Virus record (IMG/VR): IMGVR_UViG_3300001687_000947
From: a virus
Lineage: Duplodnaviria > Heunggongvirae > Uroviricota > Caudoviricetes
DNA length: 64,000 nt
Direction: 5' to 3' (one strand)
A program made the translations under genes and the position numbers. Within the stretch, counting starts at the first letter, position 1; each line of letters starts with the position of its first letter. Of this stretch, positions 10,168-20,760 are shown piece by piece. The notes beneath the pieces are model-generated. The model had not been told where the DNA came from, made no database searches, and saw only the letters and a program-made list of their open reading frames with translations.

Positions 10168-11058
10168 ATGGCTAAGAGATTAATACATTTAGTTGAACGG
10201 AAAGACTTAATATCAGATTATAGGGCAACTTGGTTTAGATTATATAAAAATCTATATGGTGGTGATTCTATAATTACGGTTGAAAAGATAGATTCTGTTA
10301 ATAATAGACCAATATTTGATGGTAAATACATTTCACCTGATGATTGTCTAGTAATATATAATGGTTTAAGAGAATTTGAATCAGCTACTTTCTTAAGTGG
10401 TTGTGGATATACCATTGATGCTTTACCTGAAGTATTTAGAATATGTAGTCATAAACCATTATTAATGAGATTACTTAATACTTGGAATTTTCCAATAACA
10501 AAGTTTACTACAATTAGACAGGATCATCCTAATACTATTGTTTATACTTTTCATGGTGTAGAAGTATATCCTGATTTTAATAAGGTAAATAGAACTCATA
10601 CAAATGTAATTAAAGGATATTCTACGTGGGATGATAGTCAAATAGAAGGATATATTGTTCCATATTATTTATATGAGCCATTAGGTGTTTATAAGGTAAT
10701 ATGGCAAGCAAATAACACGTTTCTTTGTAATACAGAGGAAACTGATGGTAAATCTAAACTTAGAGCCTTTGGTCTAAAATTCACAAAAGCAAACTTGAAA
10801 ACATTAAGGAATTTACCTAAGTTAGAAGTTAATTCTCCATTTATTAAGCAAGTATCTAAAGCAATAAGAAGATTAGGTATAGTTGTTACTGATGTATTAG
10901 TTGGAATTGATAAAGGAAATAATCACAAGCCAACTATAATTGATATTAATTCTTCACATTATCCACAATCACCTTCAATAATTGGTTATGATTTGTACAA
11001 TATGTTACAAAGAGAAAGATTTCTAGAGTTTATGGATATAGGGAGAAAATATGAATAA
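10168..11058 (+). CDS. Second ATP-grasp-like ligase
   Basis: The central SHKPLLMRLLNTWNFPITKF pre-ATP-grasp motif and the C-terminal GIVVTDVLVGIDKGNNHKPTIIDINSSHYP parallel the DILVGRNGRPYVLEVNSAP motif of the first ATP-grasp. Confidence 0.45.
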   Translation: MAKRLIHLVERKDLISDYRATWFRLYKNLYGGDSIITVEKIDSVNNRPIFDGKYISPDDCLVIYNGLREFESATFLSGCGYTIDALPEVFRICSHKPLLMRLLNTWNFPITKFTTIRQDHPNTIVYTFHGVEVYPDFNKVNRTHTNVIKGYSTWDDSQIEGYIVPYYLYEPLGVYKVIWQANNTFLCNTEETDGKSKLRAFGLKFTKANLKTLRNLPKLEVNSPFIKQVSKAIRRLGIVVTDVLVGIDKGNNHKPTIIDINSSHYPQSPSIIGYDLYNMLQRERFLEFMDIGRKYE

Positions 11059-11531
11059 TGGGTAGAAAAGGAAGAAGACGCAGGAACAAGAAGAAGAATA
11101 GAAAAAATGAAAACTTGAATAATAAAGTAACTACAACTTTTTCATTAAAGAGTTTTATTCCTTCTGTTGCAGATGATACTAATAATGATTGCTGGAAGTG
11201 TAGTAGTTTAAACTTTGATTGGTTCAATCATTGTATTTATTGTGATAATGGTTATGTACACATTAATCCATATGAATTAATTCCCTTGATGAATAAATGT
11301 GAAAAGAAAGATTGTTTAAGACCTAACATTAGGGGAGCAACAGTTTTATTATTAAAGTTATTATGTGTATATCCTAAGATACATATACATAGTTTGCCTG
11401 AAGAATTGCTTGGAGCAATAGGAAACTTAGTGAGATATGATTTAGCTAGCGTAGGAAAGAGTACTGTTATTATTCCAACTATGTGGAATAATTATACTAC
11501 AAATAGAAGCACAATTTTGAAAATGGTGTAA
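11058..11531 (+). CDS. Basic-N-terminus (RKGRRRRNKKKNRK) zinc-ribbon protein
   Basis: An Arg/Lys-rich N-terminus is followed by CWKC...CIYC. Confidence 0.35.
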   Translation: MGRKGRRRRNKKKNRKNENLNNKVTTTFSLKSFIPSVADDTNNDCWKCSSLNFDWFNHCIYCDNGYVHINPYELIPLMNKCEKKDCLRPNIRGATVLLLKLLCVYPKIHIHSLPEELLGAIGNLVRYDLASVGKSTVIIPTMWNNYTTNRSTILKMV

Positions 11532-12312
11532 ATTTATGGATAAACATTATTGTAAAAAGCATTGTTCAACATATGGGTTCATTAATGAAGAAGGTATATG
11601 GATATGTTGGCAATGTTACAAGGAAGATAAATACGTTAATCCTGATGGTCCTATAGCAGATAAATATGAGAATTCAATATATTCTGTAGAAGCTAGAAAG
11701 CTACTTATAGGTTCACATGAAGTCAGAATTGAAGTGTGGTTATTAAAAGATAAACGTAAAGTATTGAAGTTTCAACAGGACTATAGGTGGATGTCTAGGG
11801 CTAACAGAGATTGGGATCCGCTTATAGAGAGAATTGACGCAGGAGAAGCTATTTAAATTAACTTAAAATAAGGTGTGATGAAAATAGAAAGAGTGTATAA
11901 TATAGTAGAAGATATCAAGAAATATGGGTTAAGTATGGATGAAATAATGCATCTTATTTCAGTCTTAGCGGTAGAAGAACTTAAGACCCCTAGGGTTCAA
12001 GTTACTATAGACGCTAGGAATGAAAAAATTATTGATTTAATTAAAGTTTGTTTAAGTCATTATAACCCTGATGTTGCTATAGGTATTCTTACTGATATAG
12101 CAACTGACTTGGTAATGAAATGTAATAAACCAATAGAATTTAATGGTGACCAAAAATATATAACTTAGGGAGAGTATAGAGGTGGTGATGAAAGTACTTA
12201 ACTTAAGTAAGGGAGAAGCTGGATACGTTGCTATACCTGAGGGAACGGTGTTTACAACAGAAGAAACTCAAATTAGACAGAATGGCAAACGGTTAATACT
12301 AGTGAGAAATGT

Positions 12313-13086
12313 TTGAGTGAAATAATAAAGAAGTATGATGTTACAAGAGAGTTCCTAGATCAATTTTTCCCAAGTATAGAACAGATAGAAAAAATTAATC
12401 CAGAGATTCCATATGCAAACAATATAATATATCATAGCTTGATAGCATTTGGATTCCCAGCATCAGGTAAAACAACTTTGTGTAATACATTAGCTGGATA
12501 CGCTAGGGATAAATATGGTGATAAAAATGTTAATGCAATGTTTTCTGAGAAGGGTAATCTACAAGCTATACTTGATAATTTTAAGCCAAAACTAGTTAAT
12601 ATTTTGTATACAGATAATGCTACACTAGCAGAATATGACAAGAAAACTATACATGACTATTTTATGTTAAGGAATATTACAGCTAAGAAGTTTGGTATTA
12701 CTCAGGGATATATTTTGTCAATTATTGCTTTACATAGATACTTTGCTATTCCAATAGAGTTCAGAAGTATTATTGATGGTATGATACTTAGAGATGTTTC
12801 ATTAAATCCATATGATAATAATGTTATCAAGAAGTTCATTAGCAATGATGAGTTACATAAACTACTTAAAGAATTATCTGTTGATAGGAACAAACATAGA
12901 AAACTTATGAATTTCAGCATATTTGTTGGTAAGACTTTGAAGGGAGTGTTGTGCCTACCACCAAGAAGGGAATTCTACTTTAATGAGCCAGCTTCTCCTA
13001 TGGGGGATATTCCTATGTGGAGATTTGAAGATATCAATAAAGTTATTGAAGAACATGGGGGATATCACAATAAAGAAAAGCAATAA
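12313..13086 (+). CDS. P-loop NTPase/kinase-like protein
   Basis: Walker A motif GFPASGKTT is present. The start is probably TTG. Confidence 0.5.
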   Translation: MSEIIKKYDVTREFLDQFFPSIEQIEKINPEIPYANNIIYHSLIAFGFPASGKTTLCNTLAGYARDKYGDKNVNAMFSEKGNLQAILDNFKPKLVNILYTDNATLAEYDKKTIHDYFMLRNITAKKFGITQGYILSIIALHRYFAIPIEFRSIIDGMILRDVSLNPYDNNVIKKFISNDELHKLLKELSVDRNKHRKLMNFSIFVGKTLKGVLCLPPRREFYFNEPASPMGDIPMWRFEDINKVIEEHGGYHNKEKQ

Positions 13087-13169
13087 TGAGCTAAAGATTT
13101 ATATTAAGTGTATTCTAATACCTAAGATGCAACTTATTAGAGATAAGATAAGAAGAAATAGATTATTGC

Positions 13170-13835
13170 TTGAGAGTTACAAACATTATGAATAATGAAA
13201 AGAAAACCATTATTATGGATTCTAATGAACCTAAGCATATACAATATGAATTAGAGAAAGCTGGTTTAATTGTTGAGAGGAAGAGACTTAAGGCAGGAGA
13301 TTATTGTATAGGGAATATTTTACTTGAAAGAAAAACTATTGATGATTATTGGAGTACAATGTATGGTAAGAGATTGTTTAAGCAATTATTTAAGATGAAG
13401 AATAGTGATAAAAGGTGTTTCTTGGTTATAATTGGTAATTATCCAAGTAGAGATTTTGATATGCCTAAGAGGGAAATGGAAAAGCGTATTAAGGGAATGG
13501 GTTTAATTTCATTTATATCATTTGGTGTAATGTTTACTAGAGCTGAAACAGAAGAAAAATTTATAGAGTTTATTAAATGGTTATGGGAAAGATGTACAAC
13601 TAAAACTTATGCTCCAGTTGTTAAGAGTAAAGGGGAAACATCTGAGCAAATGAGATCATCAATGCTTGGTTGTATTAATGGTATTGGTTCAGCTTTAGCT
13701 GAGGAGTTATCACACTTTACCTTTCAAGAGTTAATTGATATGGGTGAAGATTTAAAGGATTACAAGTTTCATGGTAGAAGGATTGGTAAGAAAGCTAGTC
13801 TATTAATAGAGGTGTTAAAAAACAAAAATGAGTGA
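13170..13835 (+). CDS. ERCC4-type (XPF/Mus81/Hef family) structure-specific nuclease with C-terminal HhH
   Basis: VERKRLKAGDY...LLERKTIDDYWSTMYGKRLFKQL matches the ERK-x3-D...GRL-x2-Q ERCC4 signature. The C-terminal GIGSALAEEL is helix-hairpin-helix. Confidence 0.65.
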   Translation: MRVTNIMNNEKKTIIMDSNEPKHIQYELEKAGLIVERKRLKAGDYCIGNILLERKTIDDYWSTMYGKRLFKQLFKMKNSDKRCFLVIIGNYPSRDFDMPKREMEKRIKGMGLISFISFGVMFTRAETEEKFIEFIKWLWERCTTKTYAPVVKSKGETSEQMRSSMLGCINGIGSALAEELSHFTFQELIDMGEDLKDYKFHGRRIGKKASLLIEVLKNKNE

Positions 13836-14124
13836 ATCAATTGATGAGTTAGATTATTTAAAATATGGTAAATCCTTTGATACTTCTACAGTTAAAAGAC
13901 GTAGGAAAAAATGCAAAGAATGTACTGAGTGTCTTAGAGCTTTTCTTAAATCAGGGGATAAAGGTTGGAAAGTGAATAAAAGTTCATTACCTGCAAAGGA
14001 TCCTAATATTATTCTCTCTTCTCTGAAGTGGAGAGTTGACCATTTTCCTGAAGAGTTTGGAAATATCAGAGTTTTCATGAGTAAGGGTGAAATTTACCTA
14101 GAAAGAGGTGATGAGAATGAGTGA
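13828..14124 (+). CDS. Small Cys-containing basic protein, paralog A of a tandem pair
   Basis: MSESIDELDYLKYG...RRRKKCKEC...KGWKV...GEIYLERGDENE aligns along its whole length with the next ORF. Confidence 0.5.
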   Translation: MSESIDELDYLKYGKSFDTSTVKRRRKKCKECTECLRAFLKSGDKGWKVNKSSLPAKDPNIILSSLKWRVDHFPEEFGNIRVFMSKGEIYLERGDENE

Positions 14125-14407
14125 ATCTGATGAGTTAGATAATTTAAAATATGGTTGTCCTGTAGATTTATCTAAGGTTATTAGGCGCAGGAAAAGATGC
14201 CCACAATATGATGTTTGTCTAAGAGAATTTCTTAATTCATCCTACAAAGGTTGGAAAGTTGACCTCAATACTCTACCTAGTAAAAAACCTAGAACTGTTT
14301 TATCTTCTATTAAGTGGAGAATCAAACATATTCCTGAGTTTAAGGGAATTAAAACTTTCATGGCTAATGGTGAAATTTACCTAGAAAGAGTTGAGGATAA
14401 TGAGTGA
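14108..14407 (+). CDS. Small Cys-containing basic protein, paralog B of a tandem pair
   Basis: MSESDELDNLKYG...RRRKRCPQYDVC...KGWKV...GEIYLERVEDNE. The conserved C-terminus and junction are repeated. Confidence 0.5.
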   Translation: MMRMSESDELDNLKYGCPVDLSKVIRRRKRCPQYDVCLREFLNSSYKGWKVDLNTLPSKKPRTVLSSIKWRIKHIPEFKGIKTFMANGEIYLERVEDNE

Positions 14408-14620
14408 AATAAATATGAGTGAAGGTTGTATTGATTTAGATAAAGAGAAGTTTAAACATATGGTTGCATCTAAGCTTGATGATATGGTTTCATCTAATTA
14501 TATGAGAACTTTAACAGCACAGGCTGTTCTTGAAGCTATAGATGAATGTTTAATTGAATGTGAAGTAGTGAAAACTTGATAAGATCTCACACCCACCAAT
14601 AGAGTGAAAGGTGCTGAGCA

Positions 14621-15322
14621 ATGAACAAAATAGGTTTTGAGAAAGAGTATTTTCTAGAGAACAAAAAGAAGGAGCTAGTTATTGATCCTGCTAGATATGG
14701 ATATGAGACTGATAACTTAGGTGTATTAGTTGAAGTACGTGGTAAACCAGATGTTACAGTTGCAGATGCTTTAGCTAGTTTGTTAGCTAAAGAAATTGTA
14801 GCAAAAGCTAGAGCTAGTGCTAAGGGATGGACATTAGTAGAGAAGAACTTCCGTAAGCTATCTGATGAGGAAATCTTGAGGATTACAGATAAATATCACA
14901 ATATGCTATCTGATAAACTAAAATCTATCAAGAGAAACAAATCATCTAGAGTTGAAAAGTCTTTCAAGATTACAAGGTTAACCGCTGGATTACACATACA
15001 TTTTTCTAAGGAAACAAGAGAACAAGTGGAACTAGTTAACATAACTACAAATGTAAATTCAACTAACAAAGATGGTGAAGTTAATCAAGATAGCAAGATT
15101 AAAGTTCACTATAAAGACATAGTTGCTAATACATTTCTTGATATGCCATTGATTATCAGGACATTAGATGAAGCGTTTGCTAAAGTAATTAAGAAATCAG
15201 GTAGAACAGCTGGTGCATATGAGATGAAAGACTGGGGATTTGAGTACAGAAGCTTACCTAACACAGTATCTCTAGAGAAGGTTGCAGGAATATGCAACAA
15301 AATTTTGAATATGGATATCTAA
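14621..15322 (+). CDS. Hypothetical protein
   Basis: The 233-aa ORF is preceded by a GGTG spacer. No motif was recognised. Confidence 0.3.
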   Translation: MNKIGFEKEYFLENKKKELVIDPARYGYETDNLGVLVEVRGKPDVTVADALASLLAKEIVAKARASAKGWTLVEKNFRKLSDEEILRITDKYHNMLSDKLKSIKRNKSSRVEKSFKITRLTAGLHIHFSKETREQVELVNITTNVNSTNKDGEVNQDSKIKVHYKDIVANTFLDMPLIIRTLDEAFAKVIKKSGRTAGAYEMKDWGFEYRSLPNTVSLEKVAGICNKILNMDI

Positions 15323-16870
15323 CCAATATCCACTTTTTATGTAAAGGTGATAAAATAATGTGTAAGAATTGTAAGCCTAACAGGAAGTATTGGCTCCACA
15401 TAGCTGATAATTGGTCAAAGTATGAGAAGGAAGAAATGTGGGAATATCTTAATAACATCTTGGAGATTGTATAATGGAAGAAGAAAATTGGTTCTTGAAA
15501 CTTCATAATATACAAGAGCAAATAAACAAGTTATCTTCTGTTTATAATCCTGATAATGATGCTTTTGATGAAGAAGCTTGGAATAAGGATATGAATAAGT
15601 TACTTGAAGAAAGGAATAAGTTGATGAAGAAAAAATGAATAGAAGAGAAATGAGATCATACCTTGATGCTTTAAGAGAAAGTATACAAGAAAAACGTGAG
15701 GAGCTAGATGATCTTAAGAAAGAGCTTAATGAAGAGTTAAAACAGGAGTTTGGTTAATGAAAACATTTGAGCAAGTATTAGATGAATTACTAAAATATGT
15801 GCAAGAAAACTTAATGGATTTTGTTGATTCATATGCAGGACATGAAGGGTTAGATATGCCATATATTGATAAGAATATGGAAGATAACTGGAAGAAATAT
15901 ATAACTACTAAAGTTATTGAGTGGTTTAAACAGTATAATGGTATGTATATTAATTGTAGTGGGCAATATGCCGTTTATCAGATTTTATGTAGACTTAAAG
16001 GAGAAGAAGATTAAATGAATTATTGTGTTAAGCATCAGAAGAAATATAGGGTTTACTGTATAGAATGTTATACTGAAAATATGTTAAGTAATCCAAGATT
16101 TATAATTAGAGGTGGTAATTAAATATGGTAAAGTTAGAACATATAGAGGATATGAGTTGGTTCAAGGAAGGTCTAGAAGAAATAGGTTTGTCTCTTAGTC
16201 AATACAAAAAGTTAAATAGACAAGATAAGAAAATTGTAGATGATGCTTTGAAAGAAATGGGTCATTTATGGTAAAGGAAGTAGTGGAAATATCTACAAGT
16301 GCAAGAAATGTGAATATCTTAAACATGTACCATTAGTGTATTATAATTAAGTGAATAATATGAAAATAAAATATCCAAAATTAAATATAGAAATAGATGG
16401 GGAAAGAGCCAAGTTCATATTTGCATTATCCATAGTCATTGTAACAGTTATAGCTAGCGGTTGGTATGCTAAAAGGTTTCTAGATACACATGAACGTATA
16501 AAATACACAGAACATTTAGAGATTCTTGATACAAATTATTATACAACTACAACATTTATTTTTGTTGGTGGTAGTGAAGATACTCCAGGAGTAATGATTC
16601 CAATAATAAATCACCATTACAGATTTTATCTTGAGAATAAGGGATGGATAAGTGTAAGTGGAACATCCTATAACAACTATAGAGTTGGAGATATTTATCC
16701 GTATACTTGGTGGGAGTGGATAGAAAAGTAATGACAAAAGTAAAATATTGTAAAGCATATGGTTGTACTAATAATAGTGGAAGGGGTCAATGCAAACTTG
16801 ATGGAATTTCTATTGATAGAGATTTCATTTGCTTTAACTATGATTATGATGAAATAGAGGATAGTTAAAC

Positions 16871-17638
16871 ATGGTAGATATACCTGAAATTAATAAGAAG
16901 AAAACATTGTTTGTGGCTATAAGTGGAGCAGATAGTTTTGGTTGGAAGAAACCTGATTCTGATCTAGATTTAATTTATGTTAAATTTAGTGATTTATCTA
17001 AAGTTATTTCACCTTTCTTTAGTCCTAGAACTACACAGAGAATAACTGGTAAGTTAGATGAGCATTTTTATCCAGTTGAGAAATATTTAGGATTATTGGT
17101 TGAGGGAAACTGTAATGTTTTAGATAATTTATTTGAACCAAAATTATATCAGAGAACTAGATTAGTGAAATCTTTACAGAAAATAGTTATAAATAATCTT
17201 CATGTTGGATTTATAGATCATTGCTTAGGATATTCTAAACATCTTAAGAAAGACTTAAGTAATCCTGTTAGGATAGCTAAGTATGGTAAGCCAAAGTTGT
17301 TGCTTAATAGATACCGTATTGTGTTACAAGGGTTTACTTTAACTTCTTTAGGTTATAATAGAATTCAATATAATCTTAGAGATTTACTTAGGAATTCAGT
17401 TATGCAGGTATCACATGGTGAAAGTTTACTTGATAGTTATCTTCATCATTCATCTGAGAAATATTATAGGTTGCTTATACCTAAAGCAGAGGAAGAAGTA
17501 GAAATGCTTGATAGAATTTTACAGTCATATAGAAGTAATGAACATTTTAACCAATACCATAATTTTGTTAGTAGAGATAAAATGAAAGTTGCTCTTAAGG
17601 AATGGTATTATAATATCTATAGGAAGAAATGGATATGA
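16871..17638 (+). CDS. Minimal nucleotidyltransferase (Pol-beta superfamily)-like protein
   Basis: ISGADSFGWKKPDSDLDLIYV fits the hG[GS]-x9-13-DhD pattern. Confidence 0.35.
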   Translation: MVDIPEINKKKTLFVAISGADSFGWKKPDSDLDLIYVKFSDLSKVISPFFSPRTTQRITGKLDEHFYPVEKYLGLLVEGNCNVLDNLFEPKLYQRTRLVKSLQKIVINNLHVGFIDHCLGYSKHLKKDLSNPVRIAKYGKPKLLLNRYRIVLQGFTLTSLGYNRIQYNLRDLLRNSVMQVSHGESLLDSYLHHSSEKYYRLLIPKAEEEVEMLDRILQSYRSNEHFNQYHNFVSRDKMKVALKEWYYNIYRKKWI

Positions 17639-18316
17639 GTGAACAAGATAAACCCAAGAAAGCTGAGAAAACAAGATTAGAAAAGTTAGTTAATAAACTT
17701 TCTATATTAGAAAAGCAAATAGAAATTGCTTTATCAGAGTTGGATAATTATGGTGGAGAATGTCATTGTGATAAGTACGGTGAACTTAATGTTAAGATTG
17801 TTCATCAAGGTAGTATGTTTGATGAAATAATAACTTATTGTGCTTATTGTGGGGGAATAGTAGTTTGAGTGACATGATAAGTAAAGAACAATTAATTGAA
17901 CAACTTCATATTATATTTGGTTCTGGTGGCAAGAATAGTATGATTGAAGAAATATTAGAGAAATCTAATGGTTACAGATCAGCTTATATGAAAGCGTATA
18001 AGTATCTTAAGGAGTCTAGAGATGGACAAGCCCATTGTAAAAGTGATGATAGTTATTGGATTTATGCTGGAGATATAACTTTAGCTAAAGTGATGTGTGC
18101 TACGTTAATATATCTTAATAGAGGAAATACAAAGTTTCCTAGTTTAGGATATAGAGAGGACATTTGTTTAATGGACAAACAAGCTATTCTTGAGGAGTGG
18201 GCATCACAGTTAGTTGCTAATCATAAACATAAGTGGAAATGGGAAGTTAAAGATAATTGTGCATTTGAAGAATGTAAGTTATGTTATGAACATAAATATA
18301 ATTGGGAACCACCTAA

Positions 18317-18502
18317 ATGGTTAAATTAGAACAATTCCAGAAAGTACAAAAGGAATCAGGAAAAGGAGAAACTAGAAAAATGAGTGAGCCTAAAAAATGT
18401 CCTAATGGGTGTGGTCTTTATCTGTATGCTTGCAAGGGTGTGGATTACTGTATTATTTGTGGATATAAAGATTTTCAATTCAAAGAGGTTAAAGAAAAAT
18501 GA
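18317..18502 (+). CDS. Small zinc-ribbon protein
   Basis: CPNGCG...CIICG. Confidence 0.3.
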   Translation: MVKLEQFQKVQKESGKGETRKMSEPKKCPNGCGLYLYACKGVDYCIICGYKDFQFKEVKEK

Positions 18503-18892
18503 CTGATGGTGAACTATACCGCAAAATCCATGATTTAGAAGCAAATGTTTACCCTAAAGGATGTCATTGGCTTAAAGTTCCTGATGTGGAGAAGGTTTTG
18601 AATGAGGTAAAACAAGACTTAATTAAAAATAGTTATAGAATATATCCAGATAAACAAGATTATAGTCATCCTATTGAATACAAAACTTCAGGGTATATTG
18701 TAATAAATTATTCCGCATTTTTGAAGTGGTTTGGTGAGCCAGAAGGAGAAACAGAAAAATGAAAAAATTAAGAGAACACCTACAATTCCATGATAAATGT
18801 CACTTACATGAAACGGTATTAAAAACTATTAAAAAATGGTTAGAACAACCTAAAATGACAATAGAAAAAGCATTAAAGGAACTGGAAGAAAA

Positions 18893-19159
18893 ATGAAACT
18901 AAAACATTTTCTGCAAAAATACAGTTTAGATTTTTACTTACATCCTAACATAATCAAAGCAGTTGAAGAATGGCTAAAACAAAAACAACACAGAAAAAAC
19001 AACCCTACTTGTGGATGTCCAGATCATTTAGTAATGACAATAGAAAACAGATTTATGAGAATTTACTGTGAAAACTGTAAAAGCTTTCAAGAACCCAAAA
19101 GAGTGGGAAATGTCATTCACGCAAGAGTATGTGGAACGTGTGGAGAGCGGACAAAATGA
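18893..19159 (+). CDS. Small zinc-ribbon protein
   Basis: CGCPDH...CENC...CGTCG. Confidence 0.3.
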   Translation: MKLKHFLQKYSLDFYLHPNIIKAVEEWLKQKQHRKNNPTCGCPDHLVMTIENRFMRIYCENCKSFQEPKRVGNVIHARVCGTCGERTK

Positions 19160-19615
19160 ACAGAAAACAATTTGTGTATTAGAGGAGAGTAATAGTGACT
19201 AAAGATGATGAAAGTGAAATCCGTAGATGCGGGTTTCCAATAAATAGAGAGGATGCCAAGAATCTGTTAAGATTCATTGATTATCATAATCCAAGTCATG
19301 ATATGATTGAACCTTGGATATATGTTAAACTTGAGTTACTTGCAGGAAAATACTGGATACGTGATGTTAAGATAACTGAGGAAAATAAATGTGATTGTGA
19401 ATAACTATGGTTGAAGAAAATAAAAAGTCTACATTTCCTGAATTAGAATCTAAAAAGTTTGACTTAAGTATTTATGATAGTATTACTCTGCATGTGAATG
19501 GTGATATAGAAATGGATTTACTTGAGGACTATAATAAGTCTAAGTATAATCATATTTATATTTCTAAACATATTGCTGAGAGATTAGTTAAGATTCTTAA
19601 GAAATATTATGGTGA

Positions 19616-19837
19616 TATAAAATAACTGAAGAAAAATATGAACCAACTACACATGGATTAACAATAGAACAGTTAAAGAAAGAACTTCATGATCTTCTTG
19701 ATATTGATTTCTATGATTATCAAATTAAAGCAATATTTCATTGGATTAATAAACTTAAGTGTGATCATGATGATTGTCCAGATTGTGATTATTGTGATGA
19801 GAGAAGAAGTGAGCCTAATTATGATTGGAGAGATTAA
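19616..19837 (+). CDS. Cys-rich ORF (CDHDDCPDCDYCDE) with no in-frame start codon; probable frameshifted continuation of 19407..19625
   Basis: A 73-codon open frame with coding character contains no ATG/GTG/TTG. It opens inside the end of the upstream gene, adjacent to an A4 run at 19619-19622. Confidence 0.35.
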   Translation, partial: YKITEEKYEPTTHGLTIEQLKKELHDLLDIDFYDYQIKAIFHWINKLKCDHDDCPDCDYCDERRSEPNYDWRD

Positions 19838-20103
19838 ATGACAAAAGATAAAATGAATGATAAGTTTATAGTAACTACTGTATCTAGAGAAGATGTTAGA
19901 GCTGTATATTCTGAGGATCCTGTCTTGTCAAAGATAGCTGAGAAACTTACTGATGAGCACATGAAAGTAATTGCAAATAAACTAGGGGATTTCTGCTTAT
20001 TGAATTGGACTGAAGATATTAAGACTATAATGGAGAACAGAATCTTAGATGAATTTGAGTGTGAATGGTGTGGAGAAATAAAGTGTGTTTGTGAGGAAAG
20101 AGC

Positions 20104-20760
20104 ATGAAGATTGCAATAGTGGGTCCTGAAGAAAAGAAATGGACTAAGGATCAAGAGGTTAAGGCAAGAGGTTGGATTTCAGTTATATTAGCTAGTAAGG
20201 AATCTTCAGGGAAGTTACTAGATGAAGGAAAGACAGTAAAGGTTGAGTTAGAAGCTGGCAAAGATTATAGTGGTAACATACTTGTGAGTGGTCATTGTCA
20301 TAAGGGTGGAGTTGATATTTGGGCTGAGGAAATGGCTAAGAGTATTGGGTGTTATGATTCAGAGTATATATTTCCAGCAGAAGTTCATGGATGGAATGAT
20401 AAAAAAATATGTTCTAAATGTTATGATATTCAAGGTGCTAAAATAGATCAGTGGATAGCAGATGAGAAATGGTGTTATTGGCATGGTCAAAATTGTCAAG
20501 ATAAAGGGAAAGAAATAACTTTGGATATGTTTGTTACTAAAATGGGTTATAGGTCAAGGAATATTAAGATAGCTGAAGCTTGTGATGTATTATATTGCAT
20601 AGTACCAAAGGTAATGGTAGGATTTAATGTTGTGCCTTACAATAGGAAGTGTTATTGTACACATTGTGGAGAATGGGGACATCCTAATAATGGTGGGTGT
20701 TGGACAATGAAATATGCTAAGAAAATTGGTAAAGAAACACATCTAGTAGTGATAGATTAA
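20104..20760 (+). CDS. Cys/His-rich hypothetical protein with Rossmann-like N-terminus
   Basis: MKIAIVGPEE... with many Cys (SGHCHKGG, CSKCYD, CYCTHCGEWGHPNNGGC). Confidence 0.3.
   Translation: MKIAIVGPEEKKWTKDQEVKARGWISVILASKESSGKLLDEGKTVKVELEAGKDYSGNILVSGHCHKGGVDIWAEEMAKSIGCYDSEYIFPAEVHGWNDKKICSKCYDIQGAKIDQWIADEKWCYWHGQNCQDKGKEITLDMFVTKMGYRSRNIKIAEACDVLYCIVPKVMVGFNVVPYNRKCYCTHCGEWGHPNNGGCWTMKYAKKIGKETHLVVID

Larger units (their letters stand above)
13828..14407 (+). repeat. Tandem gene duplication with conserved ~40-bp junction (ggtgaaatttacctagaaagag...atgagtga)
   Basis: A near-identical DNA junction appears at 14080-14124 and 14363-14407. A third atgagtgaa start at 14400 begins a more divergent ORF. 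Confidence 0.55.
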
